A stretch of DNA of 64,000 nucleotides. It comes from Microthyrium microscopicum. Its lineage: Eukaryota. The DNA lies in contig MU004235.1 in NCBI GenBank assembly GCA_010405405.1, positions 634,538-698,537 on the forward strand, given 5' to 3'. Shown here piece after piece: positions 1 through 10,949 of the stretch. Within the stretch, counting starts at the first letter, position 1. Each line of letters opens with the position of its first letter. Under the pieces are notes generated by a model. It was not told the DNA's origin and made no database searches. It worked only from the letters and a program-made list of their open reading frames with translations. Both the position numbers and the translations under genes were made by a program.

Positions 1-773
1 TTTTTGGTCGTGATTACGATTGCAAATTCGTTGTCGCGAGGTCATGGGCTTCCTTCTTGGCTATGCTTGCAGATGATCTGACCAGTGGGTCTGACAAAGT
101 CATTGTCGATGAGGAAACCGGTGAACTGAGTTTCAATTTGTTCAAGAAACAAGGTGTCAGTCCACCATACCTGGAAATCCTGCGATGGCGTTGTGATCAG
201 AAATACGGCCGACGTACCGTACGCAAGCGACATAGTGGTCCCGGAAGTCCAGGTCTTCGAATCAATCCCAACGTTCAAGGACCCGCTTTCAACAATGTCT
301 CTTCCTCTTCACCATATGCGAGCCCAACCTCAGGCTCTTCGGAACGTGGACGATCACCTCATCGCGTGAATGGAAAATCGCCCGTGGTTAATAGTCCTAT
401 GCGGCCCCATATATCTAGTCCTCTTGCTCGAGTGGCTGAAGAGGCTCCGGGTATACAACCTCTAAGCGTTCGAACCGACACAGACACTTTGAAAGGAATT
501 CCATCGAGAAAGGTGGACAAACTGATCTCTGTTGATACGCCACGTCACAGTGGAGATTTTCCAGCTCTCCCAGCTCTCCGAATCGGCTCGCCTGGACCGA
601 ATAAGGAGAATCAAGAACCGGCGAAGAAGGCCTCGTTACCTGCAACGGCAGCACCTACTTCAGCACCAGCGGAGACTATCGGGAAGCCAGAGCAGCAAGA
701 AGAGGCTACTGCTGGAGCTCCAAAGTCAGAGACTGATCCCTTGGCGGATGAAATGAAGACTGTCGCCATATAG
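1..773 (+). CDS. SMI1: Cell wall assembly / glucan synthesis regulator Smi1/Knr4 family, 3' part (5' end outside window)
   Basis: The frame is open from base 3: FGRDYDCKFVVARSWASFLAMLADDL matches the C-terminal core motif of the Knr4/Smi1 domain. YLEILRWRC and a disordered S/P-rich tail follow. Confidence 0.85.
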   Translation, partial: FGRDYDCKFVVARSWASFLAMLADDLTSGSDKVIVDEETGELSFNLFKKQGVSPPYLEILRWRCDQKYGRRTVRKRHSGPGSPGLRINPNVQGPAFNNVSSSSPYASPTSGSSERGRSPHRVNGKSPVVNSPMRPHISSPLARVAEEAPGIQPLSVRTDTDTLKGIPSRKVDKLISVDTPRHSGDFPALPALRIGSPGPNKENQEPAKKASLPATAAPTSAPAETIGKPEQQEEATAGAPKSETDPLADEMKTVAI

Positions 774-2478
774 CAGGCCCTTCAATCTGTGGCTTTTTTC
801 AACAGCTGTCCGGGCACAAGAACAAACCATTCTGATTCAAAAAGCGAGTGGCTTATACGCGAGAAAAACGGTTAACATTTGTCGACCAACACGCTTTGGC
901 CGTTCGAGCAAGCAATAGAGCGAGTATTCATATTGGTTCTTCGATGTCATTGTTTCATATCCACGACTTCGGCCATCACTTCGATAATAGGCATGGCCCA
1001 ATAGCCTTCCCCAAGCACATCAAGCAGCTCCCTCGCGTGGATTAATGCTTTGTTTCTTTCCCCATTATAATTTGTACGACTAGATCGTCCGCACGCCAAT
1101 AATTTTCCTGTTCGAGTAGCAAAAAAGAGAGGTTGTTCAGGAGTATTTGGAATCCTTGATCCTTATCCGATCAAGTCGATGCATTTGCAAGGCGTTTTTG
1201 ATCAAAGTGGCTTCTCCCATTGGAAAGAGATTACGGACTACTACAAGTGGTATGCATGTACGATAGAGAATTATAAGCGAGTTGAGCATTTTGACGGCTG
1301 GGGTTCTATGTACTTGGGCAGAGCAGCAATTTTGTGGAACGGCTCTAATTAAGTCTTTAGGCTCATATTTCCCTGATGTTCTTGCGTGAATTGGGATTGT
1401 CTCCTTGCTGCTGAGATACATTAAATTGGACGGCAATGATTGCACACTTGACTCATTTGTCTGGACACGATCACTACGGATTCTTTCCACGATTGAGAAA
1501 CGAGGACGGTAGATGTCGCATAGCGGATCAGATGTTTGACATGCTCTTCATTAATGATATCTTACATCGTAGCGTATAAATGGCGTATGCTCTCTACTGC
1601 CCATCATGACTCTCTTCACCGAAGCACGCTTATTTGTTTGATTCATTGATGAGTATCGTACAACTAATGTAAACAATCATGCAGCATATCAGGGGTGATA
1701 AATCTCAAAGCTCCGAGGCCTGCTGGTATCAAAGCAAGATAAGTATTCTCATTGACAGCGATGTCTGCTATTTGACTCATTGAGCAAGAAACGCTTTTAT
1801 CGAGTGCATATACTGCATGTCAAATCTTTGAATGCCATGGGATTTAGAGTAGTGACTCTTTAAGAAGTGTTATGGCAGACATGGCAGTTGATGGGAGTAG
1901 ATATCCCCGGCAGTAGCCGAAACTCGGGTATGTAGGTTTGAAGCTCTTGGGTGCCGAGGTCGGTTTTGACAGGTCAGACTCGCAAAGGCTTAAAAAGGAT
2001 ACCATTTTCAGAGAACTTTCAGAGAACAGTTCAATGTGGAGACTAGTCATACAAGTGTTGATAGGGGGAGTATCGGGTGAATAATGGAGAGTGCACTTGG
2101 AATATCATTTGCGGAGACATGTAGGTTTTGGGTCGCTGGGCAGCTGGATAGCTTTGGGTCGCTGGGCTCAATGAATGTTATCAATTATTTTCTTCAATCG
2201 TCACAAGCTAGACAAATCCTAGTTTGTGAGGGGCAAACCGTTCATCAACCTTCTCAATATGCATCTGATGTCCTGGACTCCTGGCCCTCCTCTGGCCCGA
2301 CTGGCCGTTTGCTTCCTCCGCAATCGCCAATCTTATTGGATAGTTCAAGCATTGAAGCTCCATATGCAGTAGTTCCAGCCTGTTCGGGGAGTCCCGCTGG
2401 AGGTTGGCAGCTCACATTTATAATGCTAGTCCTAGTAGTTCTTACTGTTGCTGTGCTATCGTGATGTAGTCTATAATT

Positions 2479-2484
2479 CCTCGG
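2479..2484 (+). promoter_or_regulatory. Candidate FarA/Ctf1-type fatty-acid response element CCTCGG upstream of malate synthase
   Basis: CCTCGG lies about 210 bp upstream of the ATG. Reverse copies (CCGAGG) occur at 1713 and 1954. Confidence 0.4.
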
Positions 2485-2692
2485 TAACATATTCACCAGC
2501 TCGGGAGCTCATACATAGTGCCCTCTGCCCCCTGTATGCCCCTCTCAGCCTCGTTGAATCTGTTCCGTCTCTTTTTCTTGTCTCTACTTCCTGTTTCTTT
2601 TCCAATCTTTCTGTAAGCTTCATCTTCATTGTTGTGCTAAAACATATACTCTGAGAAAGAGAAGCTACAAGTGTTACTCTACTATCCTCACA

Positions 2693-4481
2693 ATGGCTTC
2701 GCCCGCACCAAATAAAGCTGAAGTCCTCCTTGCGGATGCAAGCGCAACCGTCCTTGGACCTCTCAATGACAAGACCAAGAAGATTCTCTCCAAAGAGGCT
2801 GCTGTTTTCCTAGTCCTTCTCCACCGAACCTTCAACAAGACACGCAAGGAATTGCTCCAAAAGCGTGTAACACGTCAAGCCGAGCTCGACCGCGGTGTCT
2901 TGCCAGACTTCCTTCCAGAGACCAAGCATATCCGTGAGAACGATGCTTGGAGAGGAGCTCCACCAGCTCCAGGTCTTCAGGACCGACGATTGGAGATCAC
3001 AGGGCCAGTCGACCGAAAGATGGTCGTCAACGCCTTGAACTCTGAAGTATGGACATATATGGCTGATTTCGAAGGTATATCCACTTATTCGTCACCGATT
3101 CCAAAGTGTCACAGGACAGTCCTTGAATGAGATACTAACATGATGTATAGATGCCACTGCCCCAACATGGGATAACATGATCAATGGCCAACTCAACCTT
3201 CACGACGCCATCCGCCGCCAAGTAGACTTTAAGCAAGGCGAGAAATGGTACCGTCTCCGAACAGACCGCCGCCTCCCCACGCTCATCTGCCGTGCCCGTG
3301 GCTGGCATCTTGATGAGAAGCATTTCCTCGTCGACGGTGAGCCCATGTCCGGCTCTCTCTTCGACTTTGGTTTGTACTTCTTCAACAACGCCGAAGAGCT
3401 CGTCAAGCGCGGCTCCGGCCCCTACTTCTACCTCCCCAAGATGGAGTCCCATCTCGAAGCCCGCCTTTGGAATGATGTCTTCAACCTCTCCCAAGACTAC
3501 ATTGGCATGCGCCGTGGAACCATTCGCGGTACCGTGCTCATCGAGACCATCCTCGCTGCCTTTGAAATGGACGAGATCATTTACGAGCTCCGCGAGCACT
3601 CTTCCGGCCTTAATTGCGGCCGCTGGGACTACATCTTCAGCGTCATCAAGCGCTTCCGCCAAAACCCATCATTCGTCCTGCCAGACCGCAGCTCCGTCAC
3701 CATGACAGTGCCATTCATGGACTCATATGTCAAGTTGCTCATCAAGATATGCCACAAACGTGGTGTCCACGCCATGGGCGGTATGGCCGCCCAAATCCCC
3801 ATCAAGAACGACCCAGCCGCCAACGAAGTCGCCATGAGCAACGTCCGCGCCGACAAGCTCCGTGAAGTACGAGCCGGCCACGACGGCACCTGGGTTGCCC
3901 ATCCCGCCCTCGCGCCCATCGCCGGTGAGATCTTCAACCAATACATGCCCACACCCAACCAGATGTGGGTTCTCCGCCCAGAAGTGGAAGTCACCGCCAA
4001 CGACCTCCTCAACATGAACGTGCCCGGCAAAGTCACAGAAGATGGCGTCCGCAAGAACCTCGCCATCGGTCTCGGCTACATGGAAGGCTGGCTCCGCGGA
4101 ATTGGCTGCGTGCCACTCAACTACCTCATGGAAGATGCTGCCACCGCCGAAGTCTCGCGAAGCCAGGTATGGCAATGGGTGCGCCACGGAGCCGTCACTG
4201 CAGAAGGCCAAAAGGTCACCAAGGAGTACACGCTCCGTCTACTAAAGGAGGAAGCCACCAAGTTGGCCAAGGATGCACCAAAGGGCAACAAGTATGCCAC
4301 TGCAGTCAAATACATGTCCACCCAGGTAACTGGAGAGGATTATGCAGAGTTTATAACTTCGTAAGTTGCCTTTTATTCTGCGTTTCTTCGCATTTTGAGT
4401 CTAATGCTAATTTTGTATGATAGACTCTTATACAATGAGATCACCACGACCAGTGCGAACCAACCGGCTGCCAAGTTGTAA
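2693..4481 (+). CDS. MLS1: Malate synthase, glyoxysomal (3 exons: 2693-3074, 3151-4360, 4424-4481)
   Basis: Motifs [33 protein letters not shown] and [12 protein letters not shown]. The spliced C-terminus ends PAAKL*, a PTS1 signal. Confidence 0.97.
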
Positions 4482-5044
4482 ATATCGAAATCGGAAATGA
4501 TGAGTTGGAATGACAAGTTGTTTGACAATTGTATGTGTGCCATACTGTCTATATTTTGCATGTTTGGTGGGGAGTGAAATAAGTTGGATATAGTGAATTT
4601 GAAGGAAATGATCCATTTATCAGTTATTGATTCGGCGTGTAACTGACATCTCTTATATCTTTACTAATACCACGATGTCATTTGGATCATACAAAGAAAA
4701 CCCATCACTGAATAGATTCTACTCTGTCAGTATCTCCAAACATATCAACGACAGCTACTTTAGCTCTCTTCCGTTCGTCTATTATCAAAATCACCTTTCA
4801 TATGCTCAGAAACTAAAGTAACCCAGTATCCCTTACACGCCTTACTATCAGATTTCTCCTAGTAAAACCTCCCCATCACCATCCTACCAAAATGTCTCCT
4901 GAGACCAACATCCGCTATAACAACAATCCTTAACAATGACCCATAATCACATCTGTTTGCCATCTTATATCCACCGTAGCAAACCGCCTCCCCAGAATGT
5001 AAGACATGAAGATCCATCTTTGTTCATTCAGTCCTCAACACCCT

Positions 5045-5160
5045 TTAAACCCAACATACAGATCCCTAACAAACAGAATTCCCAATAAACAAAATCCCAA
5101 GAACCAGATTCTCAAGATATAAATCACCCAAACATATAAACCCCCCATTCGGCCCACCGA
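5045..5160 (+). repeat. Degenerate ~15-bp C/A-rich tandem repeat upstream of the 5.2-kb orphan gene
   Basis: Units resembling acagatccctaacaa / acagaattcccaata / aacaaaatcccaaga / accagattctcaaga / tataaatcaccca. Confidence 0.35.
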
Positions 5161-5168
5161 TCCCCACC

Positions 5169-7106
5169 ATGCCAATCCACTTCTCCATAAAAACAACAAT
5201 GTCTTCACGATACCGCGCCGCAAAACCGTCCTCGTCGAATAGACAAGTATCCACTGCTCATGCCTTGCTGCAGGATAACCCGCGTGGTCTTAAGATATCG
5301 ACGTACTCCGGCCGTCCGTATGATCCGTATGAGGGGGCAGATACGCGCGGTTTACCGCCCACTCGTATCGACTCACCTCCACCACCACCACCTCCTCCTG
5401 CGCGTACTCCGCCAGAGCTGAGGTTGATTGAATCCGGAGTTGGGGAGCTGAGTGTGAGAGAACTAGATGGCTTGAGTGGTGAGCATAAATTCCCCGCTGT
5501 CGTGTTTTGGCTTGGACATGTTGGTGTTTTGGCGGATGGGAGTACTGTGCACCTGCGTGATGTGATGCTCGGTAATGTAATGCCGGCTATTGTTACGAAG
5601 GATGGTGTGGTGTTGCCGCCGCAGGTGTTTCCTGGGTTTGAGCGTGCTTGTAGACGTAAGCCGTTGCCGGATTGTGCGTTGACTGTTGGGATAGCTTCGT
5701 CGAGATCGAGAGGTACTGCTGCTACCACGACGAGTACGGCTCGGGAAATTGCTGGTAGATCTGTTGCTGCTAGGTGGTCTCCGCCAGATAGTTCGATTCG
5801 ACGGACGGATATTGCTGAGGTCAAGGCGCCTGTGGTAGCGAAGAAAAAGACGCTAATCAAGAAGGCTAAGAAGGTCGAGCCGGTGGTGGAGAAGCCAGTG
5901 ATTCCAGCTGATGATGGTGATTTTGGATTTGATATGGATGATAGTGAGCTTGCTATGCAGCAGGTTCTTGAGGACAGCCTAAAACAGAGCCAGAGTGGTG
6001 TCCTGGACGAAAAGCCGGTGAGTATACCTGCGAAGTCTAATGCTGCTCCGGCTGTGAAGGCCAAGGGAAAGCTTCCGCCAAAACCGAAAGCTATTCCGGT
6101 GAGAGTTGTCCCAGCTTCTGTGACAAAAGTTGCTCCGGCTGCATCAAATCGAGCCGCGCCAGCTGCTCCAACGAAAGCCGACCCTACTACGCCAGCGAGA
6201 GCGGCGGTAATTGTACCCAAGAGAACTCCACCAGCTGCTCCCGCAAAAGCAACCACAACGGCACCAAACAGAACCGCGCCAGCACCTGCATCAAGAGCTA
6301 CGCCAGCCACGACATCCAAGACCCCTCCGAATACAGGCCCCAAGGTCATCGTGAACATAAACACCAGACCTTCCCCAGTAACACCATCAAAGCCCAAAGC
6401 AAAGACCGTCTATCCCACCCCAGCCTCAAACTCAACATCGAAAGCCAAAAGGCCCGCTGAACAGCTATCACCGACTCCAAAAGGCAAAGGCAAGTCGCCC
6501 AAAGACAAGACCTCCGAAAAAAGCACCTTGAGCTCTTTTATAACCAGCACAGTAGCCCTCTTCAGAGGAACCCAACCCAGCCCCTCTCTACCTTCCACCA
6601 CCAGTACCTCCGAAACCCCTTCTGAGCGCGCCGCGAAGCGAGCCTTCCAAGATGCGCGTGAATACCTAACCGAAGGCGTCGACACCTTCGCGGCCGGCGC
6701 CTTCGCTAGTGATGAAGTTCGCGACGTACACTATGCCATGAGCAAAATCATCCGGCTCGAGCTTGCCAGATGCCAGGCACTATCTGAAGCTGGACAGCAG
6801 ATCAGAGTCAAGCCTAGCAAGCATAGTGGTCTTCGATTTCCCAGTGCGAAGGGCGATATGGACGAGGGAGAAGAGTTGTTGGAGCAGGGGGTGCAGATAT
6901 ATTTCCAGGGAGCAAAGTTGATGGATCATGGTGGAAAGGATCTGTTTCATGATATTATGAAGGTGGTGGATAAGCAATATGAGGCAAACATGACGGAGTC
7001 GGAGCGCCGGCATAGGAGGGGGAGTGAGGAGGGGAGTGTTGGGAGGAGACGAAGGAGGAGACATCATCGGTCGAGGAGGGATAGAGAGGATAGTAGCTCG
7101 CGGTAA
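5169..7106 (+). CDS. Hypothetical Pro/Ala/Lys-rich, largely disordered protein (possible start 5199)
   Basis: 645-codon intronless ORF with poly-Pro, ~16-aa A/P/T repeats, a helical C-terminal duplication and an Arg-rich NLS-like tail. Confidence 0.75.
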   Translation: MPIHFSIKTTMSSRYRAAKPSSSNRQVSTAHALLQDNPRGLKISTYSGRPYDPYEGADTRGLPPTRIDSPPPPPPPPARTPPELRLIESGVGELSVRELDGLSGEHKFPAVVFWLGHVGVLADGSTVHLRDVMLGNVMPAIVTKDGVVLPPQVFPGFERACRRKPLPDCALTVGIASSRSRGTAATTTSTAREIAGRSVAARWSPPDSSIRRTDIAEVKAPVVAKKKTLIKKAKKVEPVVEKPVIPADDGDFGFDMDDSELAMQQVLEDSLKQSQSGVLDEKPVSIPAKSNAAPAVKAKGKLPPKPKAIPVRVVPASVTKVAPAASNRAAPAAPTKADPTTPARAAVIVPKRTPPAAPAKATTTAPNRTAPAPASRATPATTSKTPPNTGPKVIVNINTRPSPVTPSKPKAKTVYPTPASNSTSKAKRPAEQLSPTPKGKGKSPKDKTSEKSTLSSFITSTVALFRGTQPSPSLPSTTSTSETPSERAAKRAFQDAREYLTEGVDTFAAGAFASDEVRDVHYAMSKIIRLELARCQALSEAGQQIRVKPSKHSGLRFPSAKGDMDEGEELLEQGVQIYFQGAKLMDHGGKDLFHDIMKVVDKQYEANMTESERRHRRGSEEGSVGRRRRRRHHRSRRDREDSSSR

Positions 7107-7465
7107 GCTCTGGTGGAAAGATGTGGATTGAGTTTGCTAATGCGGTGTTTACAGAGATGAGGAAGATCCTATCATTATGATGACTGGCGGGTATGGTCCG
7201 GCTGGAACTCTGGAGAGAGACGTTGGAAGGGATGAAGCGGAGAGGCGGATACAGAGATTGAAGGATCAAGGTATCAAAGTTTTTCGGAAATAGACCGAGA
7301 CCGCGATATGTTCTGCGAATACTTCTAGATAGCTGATTAGTAGGCGCTATCACAGGCATCACAGACAATGCGATGCGCCAATCGATATGTGACAGCCAAT
7401 ACTGATGGAACGAACGGAATATACATGTATTTTGACGACCCTCGAAATAGGAATTAGCGTATCGT

Positions 7466-9395
7466 CTATTCTAGTTGCCTCATATGCGTCGGCAAGTTCT
7501 GTGCGTAATAGTCCAGATGTACAAAAGCTCTCTCAACCGAAGGAACGCTTTCAAGCATATACTGCAAGCTCTCACCCAAATCATGAGAGTCGCGAAGACT
7601 GGTGTGTTCGTCCAGGATGATGTCGACTTCCACGTTCAGTTTGTCTCCAGCATGGTATGCCTGGAGACCTTGAATTTGTTTGATAGTTTTGGCAAATCGC
7701 ATGGTCAAATAAAGGAGAACGTTGCGCTCGTCTGCTGAAGCGGCAGCGCCAGAGAGATTGCGGATATGTACCGCAGTCGTTCGCGACCAGGCGTACATGA
7801 CGTATATGGATAAAAGAATGCCGCCTAGTGGATCCAACCACCATAGATCGGCGTAGTATCCAACTGTCAGCTGTCAGTATAGGTTGTTATCGAAGAAGAA
7901 CGAAGACTTACTAAGAGGAAATATGATACTAAAGATGTTGAAAACGACGTCAGTCACGGCATCTTGGGCAAGTGCCTGAACACTACTGTTCTTGATCAAC
8001 CGGCACCAAACCCAGCAAAGGCCTTTGATGACGACTGTACTTGCCATAATGGCAACAGCAGCGATGGAGAGCCGAACCAGATTATGGTCTTTGCCAGTGA
8101 GTTTTCCGAAACCTTCCAAACCAACTTGGAAGAACGATGTTATCATGATTACCGAGAATACAAGTATACCAATAGGCTCTAGTTTCGCTCGACCGGCTGG
8201 ATACATGTACTTATCTTCAGAAGAAATTAGTCGGGTCGTGGTCCAAACAATTGCCGTTGATAGAAAGTCGAGAACTGCATCCACCAAGGCAGCAAGAACT
8301 GAAACAGAGGAAGTCATGAGTGTAACAATAATCTTCAGGACCAGCAGAATGGAGTTGGCTGCGAGGTTCATGTAAATCGCGATCTTGACGACGGTGCCTG
8401 AAGAATCGTCCTCTTCCTCTGGTGTATAGTCTGGCATGGCATTTTCAGTCGTTTCTTCCTCTTCTTCCTCGTCCCGGTGCATTAGGGGAGAGCGCTCATC
8501 GGGGACTTTGTAGAGATTTCGAGGTGTTCTTTTGACTTTGCCAGATTGATTGGTCGGGCTTGCTGCTCCATTGCTGTAACTATTCGGCGAGGTTATCTCT
8601 CCAGGAGTAAGTGGTGCCGAAGGTGTCTCCTCGCTAATAGTAGTAGGCACGTCAACGGCTCCATGACCCCCTGGTACTGAGTTATACTCTGCAAGAAGAG
8701 TATGAGGGAGAGAAGAATCAAGTAATCTATCAATAAAAGTGTATTGCTGGATTAGATAGTTGTTTCTTTCATAGTATTCGCGTCTGTCATGTTAGTTGTT
8801 GGAGCCAATCATGATGAATATACTCACATGGGCTTCTTCATCTTCTTTAGTTCTTCGTCTGTTTTCCAGTATTGTTCCCTTTGACGGTTAGTAAATACCT
8901 TTGAAGAAGAAAAACAACCTACCACCGATATCTTGGGTTGCTATTGCCGATCAGCCGCATACTCCTCATCTGGGGTTGCATAAGAAGCGCAATTGCTGCT
9001 TCGCTAAATCTCCTATCACTCTGTACCGGCCTCCCCTCAAACTCGTGCTCATCAAATGGCACAACAGAGCCTCTTCTGGACGCAGTTGGTTTTACTCGAT
9101 CAGGTACGGATGATCTGCCACGTCCGGCTTCCAAGTCTTCGTCCTCATTGTCGAGGGGGTTGGGGAAGAAGCTGCTTCGTCGGCCTTGCAGTGCAGGTTT
9201 CCAGGAATTACTCAAAGCAGATATCAAATGCGAGGTTGATAGAGTTTGGCCTCGCGTTGAGATTACTGGGTCGTCGCTTAGTGGCAGAAAGCTTTTCACG
9301 GAGCGATTCCGGGGTATCAGGGAGGGTCTGTTTTCTGCTGATGCCGATTCAGCTCGCTTTTTGAGCGACTCTGAGAGCAATCCAGGCGTAGCCAT
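7466..9395 (-). CDS. Cation diffusion facilitator (Mn-CDF/MTP8-11-like), multi-exon
   Basis: Motifs LVDAVLDFLS, YPAGRAKLEPIG, LAQDAVTD, AYHAGDKLNVEVDI and SHDLGESLQ..ERAFVHLDY. Long N-terminus with SMRLIGNSNPRYRW. GT-AG introns link the ORF pieces. Confidence 0.92.
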
Positions 9396-9903
9396 CTTTG
9401 CCGATGATCTGTATTTGATGGGTACTTCGGAGAGGCTCTTTCTAGCTCCAGCTAGAACTCGCGATTGAGATCAAGCACTATCTGTCGATGTGCTGTCCCT
9501 TACGATGATATTGGAACGATGGTGAGAAGCGCCGAAACGTGACGATTCCAGATTCCAGTGCCGAGTTTATAGACGAATTGGGTATGATTTTGAAACAATG
9601 GCAATAAATGTACGTCTTGGCGATAGGTCTGCGGGAATTTGCAGAGATGAATCTGATAGCGTTGCTTTTGGTGTTGATTCCCAGATCCACAGTTTTGGAA
9701 GCTACATCCCTGTTTGGTACGGCAAGGTACGGGTACCGATTGGGCTAGACCACCATCATATGTATGGAAATGATCATTCTACCATTGCCTTCCGGTTGGC
9801 GTCAATTGTCAATCCCAATATCCAGTTGATACTGCCGAATTTCGCGAAAACTTCAAAAATGCGATAGGTTCTTAAGAGCAAGGAACAGTCCAGGGCGAGC
9901 AAC

Positions 9904-10843
9904 ATGTCAAAGCTGTCTGCAGCACTCAAGGCTCTGCTTCACGCGCCATCGTCACATCCAGGAACAACACCAGCTCCCAAGAACATAGCCCAACTGTTCC
10001 GAAAGATAGGCGAACATGCTGAGAAGAACCAAGTTGAGCGGCCAGCCTGGCTGGCTATGGCTGTATGGTAGCCTCTGCGAGGAATAATCCGCATACTAAA
10101 GCTTGCACAGTCGGCCGCCACATTCACAATGAACTCACCAGACTCGCTGGCCATATTACATCACGAAGCTAGCAAAGATAAAGGACTGAAAGAATCCATC
10201 AAACATGCCGAATTGATCCGCGAAGTTGGCCTAAAGTGCATTGGACTTAATGGGGTGAGACATCTCAGCCAGCAATACCTACCTGAGTATATATTCATCA
10301 TCGCAGATTCCGCGTACAATAGTCTGTCTCGATGGGCTTCACTCCCAGCTACCGGATGAAGTAAAAAACAGCTTAACCACGACCCCATCACGGACGGTAA
10401 CGCCAGCAAACGTGGAAGATACCAAAGCGCGTGGCCGACAGCTATGGGACTCGATATACCGTCCCCATCACACCAAGCTTATTGACAAGCTTGCAATGTA
10501 CCACCCAGACCTTCCAGTGTGGATTGTAGATTCAGCATACGGAATGCTGTTTGCTGACCCAGATCGACAGCCTGTAAAAGGCCAACAAGTGGGACGAGTG
10601 TTGACGTCTATTGTCGCAATTGCTTGTTTGAGAGCGCAAACGGGTGTGGCACCGCAGCTAATGAGTCATGTATTTGGGCTGAAGAAAGCTATGAACGATG
10701 AGACGTGGAAGAATGATGTCCAGAATGAGATAGGCGCGAAGTGGCTAGCGAGCGATTCAGGGATTACTTGGATATTAGAAAGTGTTGATCAGATCACGCA
10801 TGCAATCGGGGAGAGCAAAACGAACAGACAGTCACGTATTTGA
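9904..10843 (+). CDS. AhpD-like / carboxymuconolactone-decarboxylase-fold protein (yeast Pxp2/YJR111C-like), 3 exons
   Basis: Spliced product MSKLSAALKALL...AELIREVGLKCIGLNG|IPRT...RGRQLWDSIY...HPDL...SIVAIACLRAQTGVAPQLMSHVFGL. It ends QSRI*, which is PTS1-like. Confidence 0.75.
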
Positions 10844-10949
10844 GTGGAAAGCGCACAACAAATAGAGCACAGAAAACAAAGCAACAATCAGACGATGGAA
10901 GCTTAGCTTTTATACCCGTGCCAGTATTGCAGATATAAAGCTAGGTGGG

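Noticed and set aside
3135..4420. Many overlapping ORFs within malate synthase
   Set aside because: By-product of strong C-ending codon bias.
5258..6397. 379-aa antisense ORF
   Set aside because: Shadow of the low-complexity + strand gene, with no motifs of its own.
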